This document shows, piece after piece, positions 37,519-50,581 of a DNA stretch of 64,000 nucleotides. The position numbers and the translations under genes are program-made. The notes under the pieces were generated by a model. The model was not told the origin of the DNA and ran no database searches. It saw only the letters and a program-made list of their open reading frames with translations. Each line of letters begins with the position of its first letter. The stretch's first letter is position 1. The stretch comes from Strigamia acuminata (taxonomy: Eukaryota), in assembly GCA_949358305.1 (NCBI GenBank), contig OX442314.1, positions 11,904,001-11,968,000 of the forward strand, given 5' to 3'.

Positions 37519-37641
37519 GACGCTATAAAGCCACAATCAGCAGCTTATTTCAAGCTATCTAGCACTAAAATCGATAAAAATTGATAAAAATTAAAGAAAA
37601 ATACGTAAAAATTATCAGCAAAAGTAAATACTTCTATTTTG

Positions 37642-39100
37642 TCACTCCGTTTGATTACTTTGATCTGGAATCTCCTTCTTCGGAATGTCCTTCTTCGGAC
37701 GGATTGGTGGATACCAAATCGTTGAATTTGTATTACAACGAACCACTCCAATTGATTTCAATTTTGGACAGTTAATTAAAGTGAGTGATTTGTTAAAACA
37801 CAGTGTAATTTCGTGGATGTAGGTCGTTTTGTTTGACTAAAATAATAATAATAACAAATTTAAATATTTCCACAATTCCACAATTCTTAATTTTGTTCAC
37901 ACGTACCGTCATGTACTCGCAATCTAATATTGGTTTCACCTCCAGATGTTTCTTAATAGCATTTTCCATATCATTTGACTGTTATTTAAATAATATAAAT
38001 GAAAAATATCGATTTTTATATTTTTTGATTCAATTTACAATCACCGGGTCATTATAACTAGGTTCAATTCCGGCCTTTTTGAGAATACTGTTTAAAAAAA
38101 AATTATATTAAAAAAAATTATATTATTTTTCCTTCTTTTACATACACATGCATGTTGAATCGTTTTAACCATTTGACGCCCTGCTTGAAATATTTCAACT
38201 GAGTTCCTAGCACCGGGAGAGTCGTAGCACAAGTGCCATGTTTGTACCATATATGAGCCCTGTTTAATGATCATTTAAATTTATAATTTTATACCCATAG
38301 AATGTATAAATCCTAAAAAATACCATAAATAATCTTCCGGTGTTTCGGCGTGAACGTTTGGCCAGTATTTATTCAAATCTGCTCTAATAGCCTATGAATA
38401 AACCAAACACGTTTATTTATTTATTCATGTAACATTTTGGCAACCAACTTCGATCTCTCTGATATCAAATAAATTGGAATCATTGCAGAAGAAAGGACCT
38501 TTACCATCTAATAGTGAAGGCCTGTAAATATTTTACAGTTAATTTTAATTTTTTTTTTTTTATAAATTATTATTGATTTACCATATTCCATGAATTGTCC
38601 AGCTATTAATTTGAGTGTTAATATTGCACTTGTGCAACGGATTCGCAATCTAAGCAACGAAAAATTAAAAACACTCGTAAATTTCAGAGAGAAATCAAAA
38701 TACTTTACCTGCCAGTGGAGACAAGATACTGGTGGCCATGTTTGAGTAAACATTAAAAAATCCCATCCAACGGTCGAGTTTGTTCTTAACCTGAGCAACG
38801 AAGATGCGATTAAAAATAAGATTTAAAAATTAAAAGTCATAAGAAATTGCGAAAGTGAAGACAATACAAGGTGCAACAGGGCCACTTTATTCATGAGCCT
38901 CAGTGCTTAGGGCCTACGAATGTCTAAAAATGGCCCTGACATTGGGTCGTGCTAAAAGTGTGTAGTAATGTTAAAAAGATTGAAAATCCCTGTGCTGAGT
39001 GTAGGAGGAAAACTTACTGATTTACAATGTTAATTTTTCCATCAACGAAGCTGTGTAGAGAAAAGTATAAAATAAGCATAAATGGAAGACATTTAGCCAT
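37642..39100 (-). CDS. RNASET2: Ribonuclease T2 copy 3, CAS II Glu replaced by Ile
   Basis: WTIHGIWP intact; CAS II reads HIWYKHGTC. Confidence 0.88.
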
Positions 39101-39706
39101 GATAATAAAAGGGTGTGTAAGAACGGTGCTGGAATGTCACAACCAGCTTATTTGACGCTGATTGTGACATTCTAGCACTTCATTGAGAATTGGTATCGTA
39201 AATGATTAAAAAGTAAATAAGCCTCACTCCCGCTGGAGAGGTCTTTTTACTTCCGTTGTCATATTGTTGTTGTTGAACGAGTCATGTGACCACGAGTTTG
39301 CACGGGCAAAGTATGATCGGCAAATTTTTAATGATAAAAAAAAGAGGAAAAAAAAAGGATGTTTAATTAATTTAATATTGTATTGATTTATTTTGAAGTT
39401 TGAATTTTTCTAAAATTCGTTAAAATAACAGCTCCGCATTTGTGCTCCTGGATTCGAATTTGAAATATAACAAACTGTTATTAAATCCCTTTTGTGACGT
39501 CATCAAAACAATGATATTAAAATACTCATTTATTCACATCGTAATAATAATCAAAATTGGGTCCTTAAAAAAGTCAAGCCTACTCCCGATACAAACGTGA
39601 GATCGAAATCAAATCATATAAACACTGTAAAAAATCGTGAATTTCCATACGGAAAATCTAATGGAAGTTTTGGTAATAATAAATTTTTTATTTGCCGATT
39701 GAGACA

Positions 39707-41259
39707 TTAAATTATTTCATTTATTAGTAAAGTTGATTCCATACGAGTATCTATAAGAAAAGAAAGCACAGTAATCATAACGCAGCAACAGTGCAAAGCC
39801 TACCGTTTTCAATACAGTCGAAACTCTATACGAATCGCGATATAACGATAAAAATGGCCGGTTTGGTTGGCTGGCCATGGAACACGATGTTAAAAAATTT
39901 CTATATAACGAATTCTCGTTATAATGAATCGATTTTTCGGGTCTCTATCGATTCGTTATAAAGAGTTTCGACTGTACTGTAATCGTGTAATGTAATATAA
40001 AATGATTACCGATTTTCTTGTTCCGCGGGAATGGTTGGTACCAAGTCAAGAGATTCGGGGGACAATGTGCATTTGACATTTTGTCCATCGGACAATCTCT
40101 CAATTTGAGTTCTCTATTGAAACAAAGTTTAATTTCGTAGAGGTAAAAAGTTCCGTTTGGCTGTAGAAATTAGAAAATAATATTTTTCATATTTCGAACA
40201 AACTTCGTCAAATTTCACTTACCCTCATGACCTCACACTCTATCACCGGTTGGACATTCAGAACTCTTTTAATGGCGTATTCAACGTCACTTCCCTGTTA
40301 TTTAATATTAACATGTATAATAAGTAAAAAAAAATGTAAAATAAATGTCTATAAATTCAATTTACAAACACTGCGGTTTCAAAACTGGGTTCTATTCCAG
40401 AGACTTTGAGAACACTGTTTTCAAAAATAAAAAATAGTTTTAAAAAAAAATGCACCTGTTGTCTTTGTTACATACTTGATCATGTTAAAATGTTTTATCC
40501 ATTTGATACCCTGCTGAAAATATTGAAACTGTGTTCCTAGTGCGGGGTGGTTTGCACAAGTGCCATGTTTTTCCCATTCATGTTGCCTAATTAATAATTT
40601 TGATTCAGATTTGTTTATTTTCTTGGGTGTAAACGAACCACCATAAAAAATGTTCCGGTTTTCCGGCATCAACATTTGGCCAGTATTTTTTCATGTCTTC
40701 TTTGATTGGCTAAATGAGAATGAAAATGCTCACTTTTATTCGTCTATCATAAAAATGTTGCAACCAACTTCAATTTGAGAAATATCGAATCGTTCCTCGC
40801 TGCAAAAGGAAGGATCTTGACTTCTTTGAAGCGAAGGCCTTTCAATTATTTTTATTAAAAATATGATTATTTTTTATATTTTTTTTGATTGATTTATGAT
40901 TACCATATGCCGTGAACTGTCCAACTATCAACATTTCGTTGAATGTTGCACTTGGTGTAGAGCTAATCAATGAAAAATCAGTTTAATTTAAAATCCAATA
41001 TTTCAATGAGAAAAAAATACTTTACATGCCAATGCCAACAAGTTATTGGTGGCCATGACTGAGTAAATATTAAAAAATCCCAATTATCAGACTGGTTTAT
41101 TTTGTGTACTTCAGACCTGAGACATGAAAATTGCGTTATAACACAACAACGGTGCAATAACTAGAGTAAGACTTACTGATTTGCAATATTAATACTCCCA
41201 TCAACGTAGCCAGAAACAAAAAAGCAGAGAATAACCAGAAATATAATACATTTGGCCAT
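39707..41259 (-). CDS. RNASET2: Ribonuclease T2 copy 4, catalytic motifs intact
   Basis: WTVHGIWP, HEWEKHGTC; short terminal exon 39707-39750 inferred from paralogues. Confidence 0.88.
39815..39974. mobile_element. pogo/Tigger-type MITE
   Basis: TIR CAGTCGAAACTCT...AGAGTTTCGACTG flanked by TA on both sides. Confidence 0.85.
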
Positions 41260-41589
41260 GCTTTAACGAAAGGTTGGGCTCTGGATTATTGCTGGAATGT
41301 CACAATCAGCTCATTTCAAGCTGATTGTGACATTCTAGCACACCATTTTTCATTGGGAATTATAGCGTAGGCGAAACAAATGAAATAAAACATATGCCTC
41401 TCTCTCCAAAACAAAATTTATTTCGCGAATGCAAGGCCACCTGATGACGAAATAGTGTGATTTTTGGGCCTAAAATTTAATCCCAAGAGAGGTCACGAGT
41501 TTCAAAAACACCAATACAAATATCAGATCAAATACAACAAAACTGCTAATAAATTTTTTATTTGCCGGTTGAGTAAATATTAAGTTATT

Positions 41590-43277
41590 TCATTCACCAG
41601 TAAAGTTGTTTTCATTTCTAGAAGAAAAGAAATCGGAGTAATCAAAACAAAACACTGATGCAGTAATTACACATTATAAAACCTACTGTTTTCCAATAGT
41701 ATCGTCAATGTAATCGCTAAGAAAAAATAAAAGAAAGAAAATACAACGTAGAAACACACGGTGTAATATTAGGGCATGCGATGGTTACTTATGATTCTTG
41801 TTCCGCTGGATTGGGTGATACCAAACCAAGCCATTCGTGGGACAACGTACATTTGACGATGCGTAGCTTTCCGGACAATTTCTCAAATCGAGATCTTTAT
41901 CGAAACATAGTTTAACTTCGTAGATATAGTAACTTCTGTTTTCCTACAGAAATTATGATATAATTATATTATTTGCCAAATTTCGAACAAACTTCATCGG
42001 CTTACCTTCAAGTGCTCGCAAGCTATTAGCGGTTTCACATTCAGAACTCTTTTAACGGCATTTTCAATGTCACTTGCCTGTTGTTTCATATAGTAATATA
42101 TTAAAATAAAATGACTTTATTTTATAAATATGTATTATAAATTCAATTTACAAACACTGCGAATTCAAAACTGGGTTCTATTCCAGAGATTCTGAGAATA
42201 CTAAAATAAAAATAAAAATATTTAAACAAAAATAAAAATAAATAACAATAAGATAAATAAGTGCATCCAAAGTTTTAGACACCATAGACAGCCATTTTGA
42301 ATTTGGTGGTAAGAACACTGAAACCAGACTAAAACCACATGACAAACCGCTCTAAGTGTGGTTTATTTTTGTTTTTAATTTATTTAATTGTGGATGATTG
42401 TTTATGACTGTTTTTGTATCCAAAAACTTTAAATGCACCTGTGTGTTTGTTAAGAACCTGTTCATATTATACTGTTTTATCCATCTGAGACCCTGCTGAA
42501 AATATTGCAACTGTGTTTCCAGACTGGGAAGAAGTACGACACAAGTGCCATATTTTTCCCATTCGTGAGCCCTAAATTAGTAATCTTGTTTTAGATTTGC
42601 TTTATTTTTATTTTTTAAATTTAAACAAATCACCATAAATAATGTTCCGGTTTTGAAGCATAAATATTTGCCCAGTATCTGTTTAAGTCTTCTCTGATTT
42701 TCTAAATGAGAATAAAAATGCTCATTTTTAGTCGTCTGTCATAATAAAGTTGAAACCAACTTGAACATGAGCAATATCGAATCGTTCGTCAGTGCAAAAG
42801 GAAGGACCTTGACCTCTTAATACCGAAGGCCTTAAAAACATTATTTTTTAAGGCAAAAAAAAAAAGATTTGTAAATTTTTTTAAAATATTTTTTTGAATA
42901 GTTGATTACCATATGCCATGAACTTGCCAACCTTCAACATAACGATTAATATAGCATTCGTTGTCGTCGCTCAATGCCTAATCAATGGAAAATGAATTTA
43001 CATTAAAATCAAACAATTTAATGAGAATAAAAAAATATTTTACCCGCCAATGGATACAAGCTGTTGATGGCCATGTTTGAGTAAACATTAAAAAATCCCA
43101 ATTTTTTGACTTGTTTGTTTTCTGTATATCTAACCTGGGGAAAGAAAATTCCGTTATAAGACAATAATGGTACAATAACTAGAGTAAAACCTACGAATTT
43201 TCAATATTAGTACTTTCATCGGCATAGCCGGAAAGAAACAAGTAGAGAATAACCGGAAATATAATACATTTGGCCAT
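41590..43277 (-). CDS. RNASET2: Ribonuclease T2-like copy 5, CAS II catalytic His replaced by Tyr
   Basis: WQVHGIWP; HEWEKYGTC; exons splice in frame. Confidence 0.87.
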
Positions 43278-44170
43278 GGAACGAAAGTCTCAGCTGTGGA
43301 TTGTTGCTAGAATGTCACAATCAGCTCATTTCAAGCTGATTGTGACATTCTAGCACACCCTTCTTCATTAGAAATTAAGTGAAGTAAAGGTGAAACAAAT
43401 GAAATAAAACATATGCCTCTTTCTCTAAAACAAAATTTATTTTGCAAGTGCAAGGCCTCCTGATGTCAAAATGTTCCTACTACCTTAGTGTTATCTATAG
43501 TGTTATGGTTTACGAATTTTTATCTAAATTTAACTTTGCAAATTGTAATTATTGTTTGGTTGTGTTTATTTTTAAAAATACATAATTTTTATTTTATTTT
43601 ATTAAGCACATTGTACAAGAGAATATATTTAATTTAAAAAATTTAACTAATTTAAACAAATGGAAATAGTAGTATAAATTGTGTAGCATTTTTTCAAGTG
43701 TAATAAATTGATTTACTTTTTTAAATCATTTATTTTTTACTTATAAATTTTTTATATACCGGTATGCATTTGTCTTTTTGCAATGGCGGCGCGCATTCAA
43801 CTTCAACTTACAATCAACGGTAATTTCTTATTTGTGTCACTCTTTTCCGCCTACATCCTAGAAATGGCAACTTCTAACTTAACTTAAGCTATGCCCCAAG
43901 TTTTCCTAGTGAAAGAATGAATGCATTTCATCCACTAATGGAGTCTATTTCATACCTAGGAAGAAAATAAACTCAATAACATCACAACAACATGCAAAAC
44001 TTGACACTAATAAAAAAAATAGATTTTAATCTGTACAAAATACCACACACAAAGTTCCTGTATCTAGTATCTATTCATTTGCCCCTTTAATGTGTATATA
44101 GCAAATTAAAATAACCTGATTTATTCATATTTATTCATTGCAATCAACTTAAATCTGGATGAGTTAAACA

Positions 44171-45883
44171 TTAAATTATTTCATCATTCGTAAAGTTGTT
44201 TTCATATCTAGAAGAAAAGACACCAGAATGATCAAAACACAATCGTGCAAAACCTACACAACAAAACCTTCAGTTTCCCAATCGTTATCATCGTTATCAT
44301 CACTAAAAACATAGAAACACACTGTAATGTACGCGTACATAAATATATTATATAAAAGGAGATCCGGTGGTTACTGGTATTCAAGTTCCCGCCTGATTGG
44401 CGGATAAAAAACCATCTTATTCATTGGACATTGTGAAGTTATGATCGAAGGACAATTTCTCAATTCGAGTTCTCTATTGAAACACAGTTTAATTTTGTGT
44501 ATATAGTAAGTATGGTTTGTCTATATAAATTAAAATATGTACAGTAATTATACTAGTAGTACTTTTCAATTTTTCGAATAAACCTCACCAGCTTTCACTT
44601 ACCTTCACGTGCTCGCACTCCAGTACCGGTCGGACCTTTAGAACTTTAAGAACGGCAGTTTCAATTTTATTTGCCTGTTGTTTAATATTGATATTCAAAC
44701 ACACAATAACTTTAAATAAATATGTATTAGAAATTCAATTTACAAATACTGAGAATTTCTTTCTGGGTTCAATTTTTGAGATTTTGAGAATACTGTTTTA
44801 AAAAATAAAAATAAATTTTACAAAAAAAAACTCAGAAAATAAATAAGTGCATTCAAAGTTAGTGAAAACGGAAGAAAAACAACAACACAGTAGAAACTGC
44901 CATTGTTTTATGGCACAATCTCTCTCTAGCTCAACGTTTTTCTTAATGTGTGAGAGATTATTTCATTTTGGAGTCTGTTTTGGGTTCTACTAACTTGTAA
45001 GTAAATGCAAATTAAAATCTCTTTATTTTCACCCAGTAAACACTTGTTTTGAATGCACCTGTTGCTTTTGTTACGGACTTGATCATGTTAAATTCTTTTA
45101 TCCATTTGATACCCCGCTCAAAATAGTGATATTGTGATTCTAGAATGAATGGGAGACTTACAACGCAAGTGCCATATTTTTCCCATTCCTGAGCCCTATA
45201 ATTAATAATCCTGATTCATTTTTGTTTATTTGTTTGGGTATAAATAAACCACCATAAATAATGTTCCAGTACTGCGGCACGGATATTTGGCCAGTATTTG
45301 TTCAAGTCTCTTCTGATTGTCTAAATAAGAATAAAAATAGTCAGTTTTATTCGTCTATCTTAAAAAATGTTGCAACCAACTTTAATTTGAGAAATATTGA
45401 ATCGTTCGGTACTGCAATAGGTAGCACCTTCACCTTCCACTAACGAAGGCCTTTCAATTATATTTTTATAAAGAAAGGAAAATTTTTTTTTAATTTTATT
45501 TTTATCGGTTAACATATATTTTTAATTGATTACCATAAACCATGAATTGTCCAAGTATCAATATAACTGCGTAGATAGCACTTGGTTTGATTGCTCGCAA
45601 GCTAATTGATGAAAAATCAGTTTAAAATAAAAGCCAACATTTCAATAAGAAAAAGACACTTTACTTGCCAATGGAGACACGCTATTGGAGGCCATGACTG
45701 AATAAACAGTAAAAAATCCCACTCTTCATATTCATACAAATTTGTTTTGTCTTCTTCTGACCTGAGTAAATAAAATTCCATTATAACACATTTATGGTGC
45801 AATAACTTGAGTAAAACTTACTGAATTTCAATATTAATAAGAAAAAAGCAGAGAATAGCCAAAAATCTAATACGTTTGGCCAT
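44171..45883 (-). CDS. RNASET2: Ribonuclease T2-like copy 6, both CAS II His lost
   Basis: WTIHGLWP; QEWEKYGTC. Confidence 0.87.
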
Positions 45884-46764
45884 GGTAACAAAAGTCTTAA
45901 CTGTTGATTTTTGCTTGAATGTCACAATCAGTTTAAAATAAGCTGATTGTGACATTCTAAGCATATCCTTCTCATTGGTAACAAAGTCTTAACTGTTGAT
46001 TTTTACTTGAATGTCATTGTGACATTCTAGGCATACCCTTCTCATTGGGAATTAAATAAAGCTGAAACAAATGTGATCAAACGTACGCCTTTCTCTGCTA
46101 AACAAAATTCATGGGAGGAGTTTATTTTACAAGTGCAAGGCCATCTGATGTCGAATATTTTTACTCTACCTTGGTGTTATAGTAAAGTTTCTAATCTCTC
46201 TTTGTAAATCGAAATTATTCTTGTTTGTTTAAAAGATTTCATAACTGGATTTTTTATTCAAAACATTACAGAAGAGAAGAATAAATTTAATTTAAATAAA
46301 ATAAGTGTAGTAGTACTTTATTAAGTCTACTAAATTGGTTTACTGTTTAAAATGATTTAATTTTACTTTGGAATTATATATTTAAAAATAACAGTTCCGC
46401 ATTTGTCTTAATGCAATGGCGGCGCGCATTCAACTACAATCCGACGGAATGACAACTTCAAACTTAATTTAAGTAGTGTCCCAAGTTTGCCTAGTGAAGC
46501 AGTGAACATTAAATAATTTCATCCGCTAATGGAGTCGTTTTCATGTCTGGGAAAGAAAAAGTTACACAAAAAAATAACGGTGCAAACCTGCAAAACTGTA
46601 CAGCAAAACTTACCCATATTTCAAATATGTATGTATGTATGTGGGCACGAAAGTTCGGCCAGAATCTATTCATTTGCCCCTTTAATGTGTATATAGAAAA
46701 AAAAAATAACCTGATTTATTCATATTTATTCATTGCAATCAACTTAAATCTGGATGAGTAAACA

Positions 46765-48462
46765 TTAAATTATTTCATCATTCGTAAAGTTGTTTTCATA
46801 TCTAGAAGAAAAGACACCAGAATGATCAAAACACAATCGTGCAAAACCTACACAACAAAACCTCCAGTTTCCCAATCGTTATCATCGCTATCATCACTAA
46901 AAAAACATAGAAACACGAGTATATAAATATATTATATAAAAGGAGATCCGGTGGTTACTGGTGTTCTTGTTCCCGCTGGATTGGCGGATACAAAACCATC
47001 TTATTCATTGGACAACGTGAAGTTACGATCGAAGGACAATTTCTCAATTTGAGTTCTCTATTGAAACACAGTTTAACTCTGTGTAGAAAGTAAGTTTGGT
47101 TTGTCTATATAAATTAAAATATGTACAGTAATTATACTAGTAGTACTTTCCAATTTTTCGAATAAACCACCAGTTTTCAGTTACCGTCACGTGCTCGCAC
47201 TCCAGTACCGGTCGAACCTTTAGAACTCTAAGAACGGCAGTTTCAATTTTCTTTGCCTGTTGTTTAATATTGATATTCAAACACACAATCACTTTAAATA
47301 AATATGTATTAGAAATTCAATTTACAAATACTGGGAATTTCTTTCCGGGTTCAATTTTTGAGATTTTGAGAATACTGTTTTAAAAAATAAAAATAATTTT
47401 TACAAAAAAAAACTCAGAAAATAAATAAGTGCATTCAAAGTTAGTGAAAACGGAAGAAAAAAACAACAACACAGTAGAAACTGCCATTGTTTTATGGCAC
47501 AATCTCTCTCTAGCTCAACGTTTTTCTTAATGTGTGAGAGATTATTTCATTTTGGAGTCTGTTTTGGGTTCTACTAACTTGTAAGTAAATGCAAATTAAA
47601 ATCTCTTTATTTTCACCCAGTAAACACTTGTTTTGAATGCACCTGTTGCTTTTGTTACGGACTTGATCATGTTAAATTGTTTTATCCATCTGATACCCCG
47701 CTGAAAATAGTGATATTGTGATTCTAGAGTGAATGGGAGACTTACAACGCAAGTGCCATATTTTTCCCATTCCTGAGCCCTAATTAATAATCCTGATTCA
47801 TTTTTGTTTATTTTGTTTGGATATAAATAAACCACCATAAATAATGTTCCAGTACTGCGGCATGGATATTTGGCCAGTATTTGTTCAAGTCTCTTCTGAT
47901 TGTCTAAATAAGAATAAAAATAGTCAGTTTTATTCGTCTATCTTAAAAAATGTTGCAACCAACTTGAATTTGAGAAATATTGAATGGGTTACCACCACTG
48001 CAAAAGGTAGGACCTTCACCTTTCACTAACGAAGGCCTTTCAATTATATTTTTATAAAGGAAGAAAAAAAAATTTTTTTTAATTTATTTTTATCGGTTAA
48101 TATATATTTTTAATTGATTACCATAAGCCATGAATTGTCCAACTATCAATATGACTGTGTAGATAGCACTCGGTTTGATTGCTCGCAAGCTAATTGATGA
48201 AAAATCAGTTTAAAATAAAATCCAACATTTCAATAAGAAAAAGACACTTTACTTGCCAATGGAGACACTCTATTGGAGGCCATGACTGAATAAACAGTAA
48301 AAAATCCCACTCGTCATACAAATTTGTTTTGTGTTCTTCTGACCTGAGTCACTTTTCCATTATAACACATTTATGGTGCAATAACATGAGTAAAACTTAC
48401 TGAATTCCAATATTAATAAGAAAAAAGCAGAGAATAGCCAAAAATCTAATACGTTTGGCCAT
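46765..48462 (-). CDS. RNASET2: Ribonuclease T2-like copy 7, both CAS II His lost
   Basis: WTIHGLWP; QEWEKYGTC. Confidence 0.87.
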
Positions 48463-49005
48463 GGTAACAAAGTCTTAACTGTTGATTTTTACTTGAATGT
48501 CATTGTGACATTCTAGGCATACCCTTCTCATTGGGAATTAAATAAAGCTGAAACAAATGTGATCAAACATACGCCTTTCTCTGCTAAACAAAATTCATGG
48601 GAGGAGTTTATTTTACAAGTGCAAGGCCATCTGATGTCGAATATTTTTACTCTACCTTGGTGTTACAGTAAAGTTTCTAATTTCTCTTTGTAAATCGAAA
48701 TTATTCTTGTATGTTTAAAAGATTTCATACTTTGGATTTTTTATTCAAAACATTACAGAAGAGAAAAATAAATTTAATTTAAATAAAATAAGTGTAGTAG
48801 TACTTTATTAAGTCTACTAAATTAGTTTACTGTTTAAAATAATTTAATTTTACTTTGGAATTATATATTTTAAAATAACAGTTCCGCATTTGTCTTAATG
48901 CAATGGCGGCGCGCATTCAACTACAATCCGACGGAATGACAACTTCAAACTTAATTTAAGTAGTGTCCCAAGTTTACCTAGTGAAGCAGTGAACATTAAA
49001 TAATT

Positions 49006-50502
49006 TCATCTGCTAATGGAGTCGTTTTCATGTCTGGGAAAGATAAAGTTACACAAAAAAATAACGGTGCAAACCTGCAAAACTGTACAGCAAAACTTAC
49101 CCATATTTGTTCCGCTGGATTGGTGGATACCAGACCAAGTAATTCATGGGACAGCGTGAAGTTTTGACCGCAGGACAATCTCTCAATTTGAGTTCTTTAT
49201 CGAAACATAGTTTAATTTCGTGTAGAAAGAAACTTTTGTTTGTCTATGGAAATTATAATATTCACGGTAATTCCATTATTTTCCGATTTTACGACTACAC
49301 TTCGTCAACTTTCACTTACTCTCGAGTACTCGCACCCTACTAGCGCTTTAACATTCAGAGATCTTGTAACGGCATTTTTAATGTCACTTGCCTGTTGTTT
49401 AATGTTAATTTTAGTGAAAACAATAACTTTTTATAAATTATGTAATATAAATTTAATTTACAAACGCGGCAGTTACAAAACTGGGTTCTATTCCAGAGGC
49501 TTTGAGAATACTATTTTTTTAAAAAAAAAATTTGTTTAAAAATAAACTCTAAAAACAAAACAAAACAGGTGCATTCAAATTTTTTGAAAAATAAAAACAA
49601 ATAGACATTAACTGTCACTATTTACGTTTTTTCGTAATGAGGAAAACAGCGTGATTTTATTATTTTGAATTATTTTGAATGCACCTGTTGTTTTTATTAC
49701 GGACCTGCTCATGTTGTATTGTTTTACCCATGTAATACCCTGCTGAAAATATTTTAACTGTGTTTCTATATTGGGAAGAATTGCGACACAAGTGCCATAT
49801 TTTTTCCATTCTTGAGCCCTATAATTAATTATCCTATTTTAAATTTGTACATTATCTTCGGTATAAACAAACCACCATAAAGAATGTTCCAGCATTGTGG
49901 CATCAATATTTGGCCAGTATTTGGTCAAGTCTGTTCTGATTGTCTAAATAAGAATAAAAATGCTAATTTTTATTCGTCTTTCATAAATATGTTGCAACCA
50001 ACTTGAAACTGAGTCATATTGAATCGATCGGTACTGCAATAGGTAGGACCTTGACCTTTCGCTGCCGAAGGCCTTTAAATGAAAGATTTGTTAATTTTTT
50101 TTGTAATTAAAAAATAATAATAATAAGTTTTATACTGATTACCATATGCCATTAATTGTCCAACTATCAACATTACGGTTAATAAAGCACTGGTTTTGTT
50201 CATTCTCAAGCTAATCAATGAAAAATCTGTTTAAAATCTAATATTTCAATGAGAAAAAGATATTTTACCTCCCAATGGAGACAAGCTACTGGTGGCCAGG
50301 TTTGAGTAAATATTAGAAAATCCCAATTTTTAGACCCGTTTGTTTTGTGTAGTTCTGACCTGAAGAAAGAAAATTCCGTTATAAGGCAATAATGGTACAA
50401 TAACTAGAGTAAAACCTACGAATTTTCAATATCAATACTTTCATCGGCATGGCCAGAAATAAACAAGTAGAGAATAAGCGGAAATATAATACATTTGGCC
50501 AT
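49006..50502 (-). CDS. RNASET2: Ribonuclease T2-like copy 8, all three active-site His lost
   Basis: CAS I WTINGIWP; CAS II QEWKKYGTC; exons still in frame and signal peptide retained. Confidence 0.87.
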
Positions 50503-50530
50503 GGTAATGAAAGAATGGGCTTTGGAATAT

Positions 50531-50581
50531 TGCTAGAATGTCACAATCAGCTTATTTCAAGCTGATTGTGACATTCTAGCA
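50531..50581. promoter_or_regulatory. Perfect 23-bp-stem hairpin about 30 nt upstream of the RNase T2 ATG (homologues at 39126-39178, 41290-41340, 43305-43355, 45912-45963)
   Basis: TGCTAGAATGTCACAATCAGCTT-ATTTC-AAGCTGATTGTGACATTCTAGCA; function unknown. Confidence 0.6.

Larger units (their letters stand above)
44071..49108. repeat. Recent tandem duplication of about 2.5 kb (44071-46620 and 46665-49108) producing copies 6 and 7
   Basis: Introns and intergenic DNA nearly identical; leaves an orphan copy of the copy-8 terminal exon near 46510-46547. Confidence 0.9.

Noticed and set aside
38877..38938. Tiny CAGGGCCA...TGGCCCTG inverted repeat in the first intron of copy 3
   Set aside because: Too short and no TSD to support an element call
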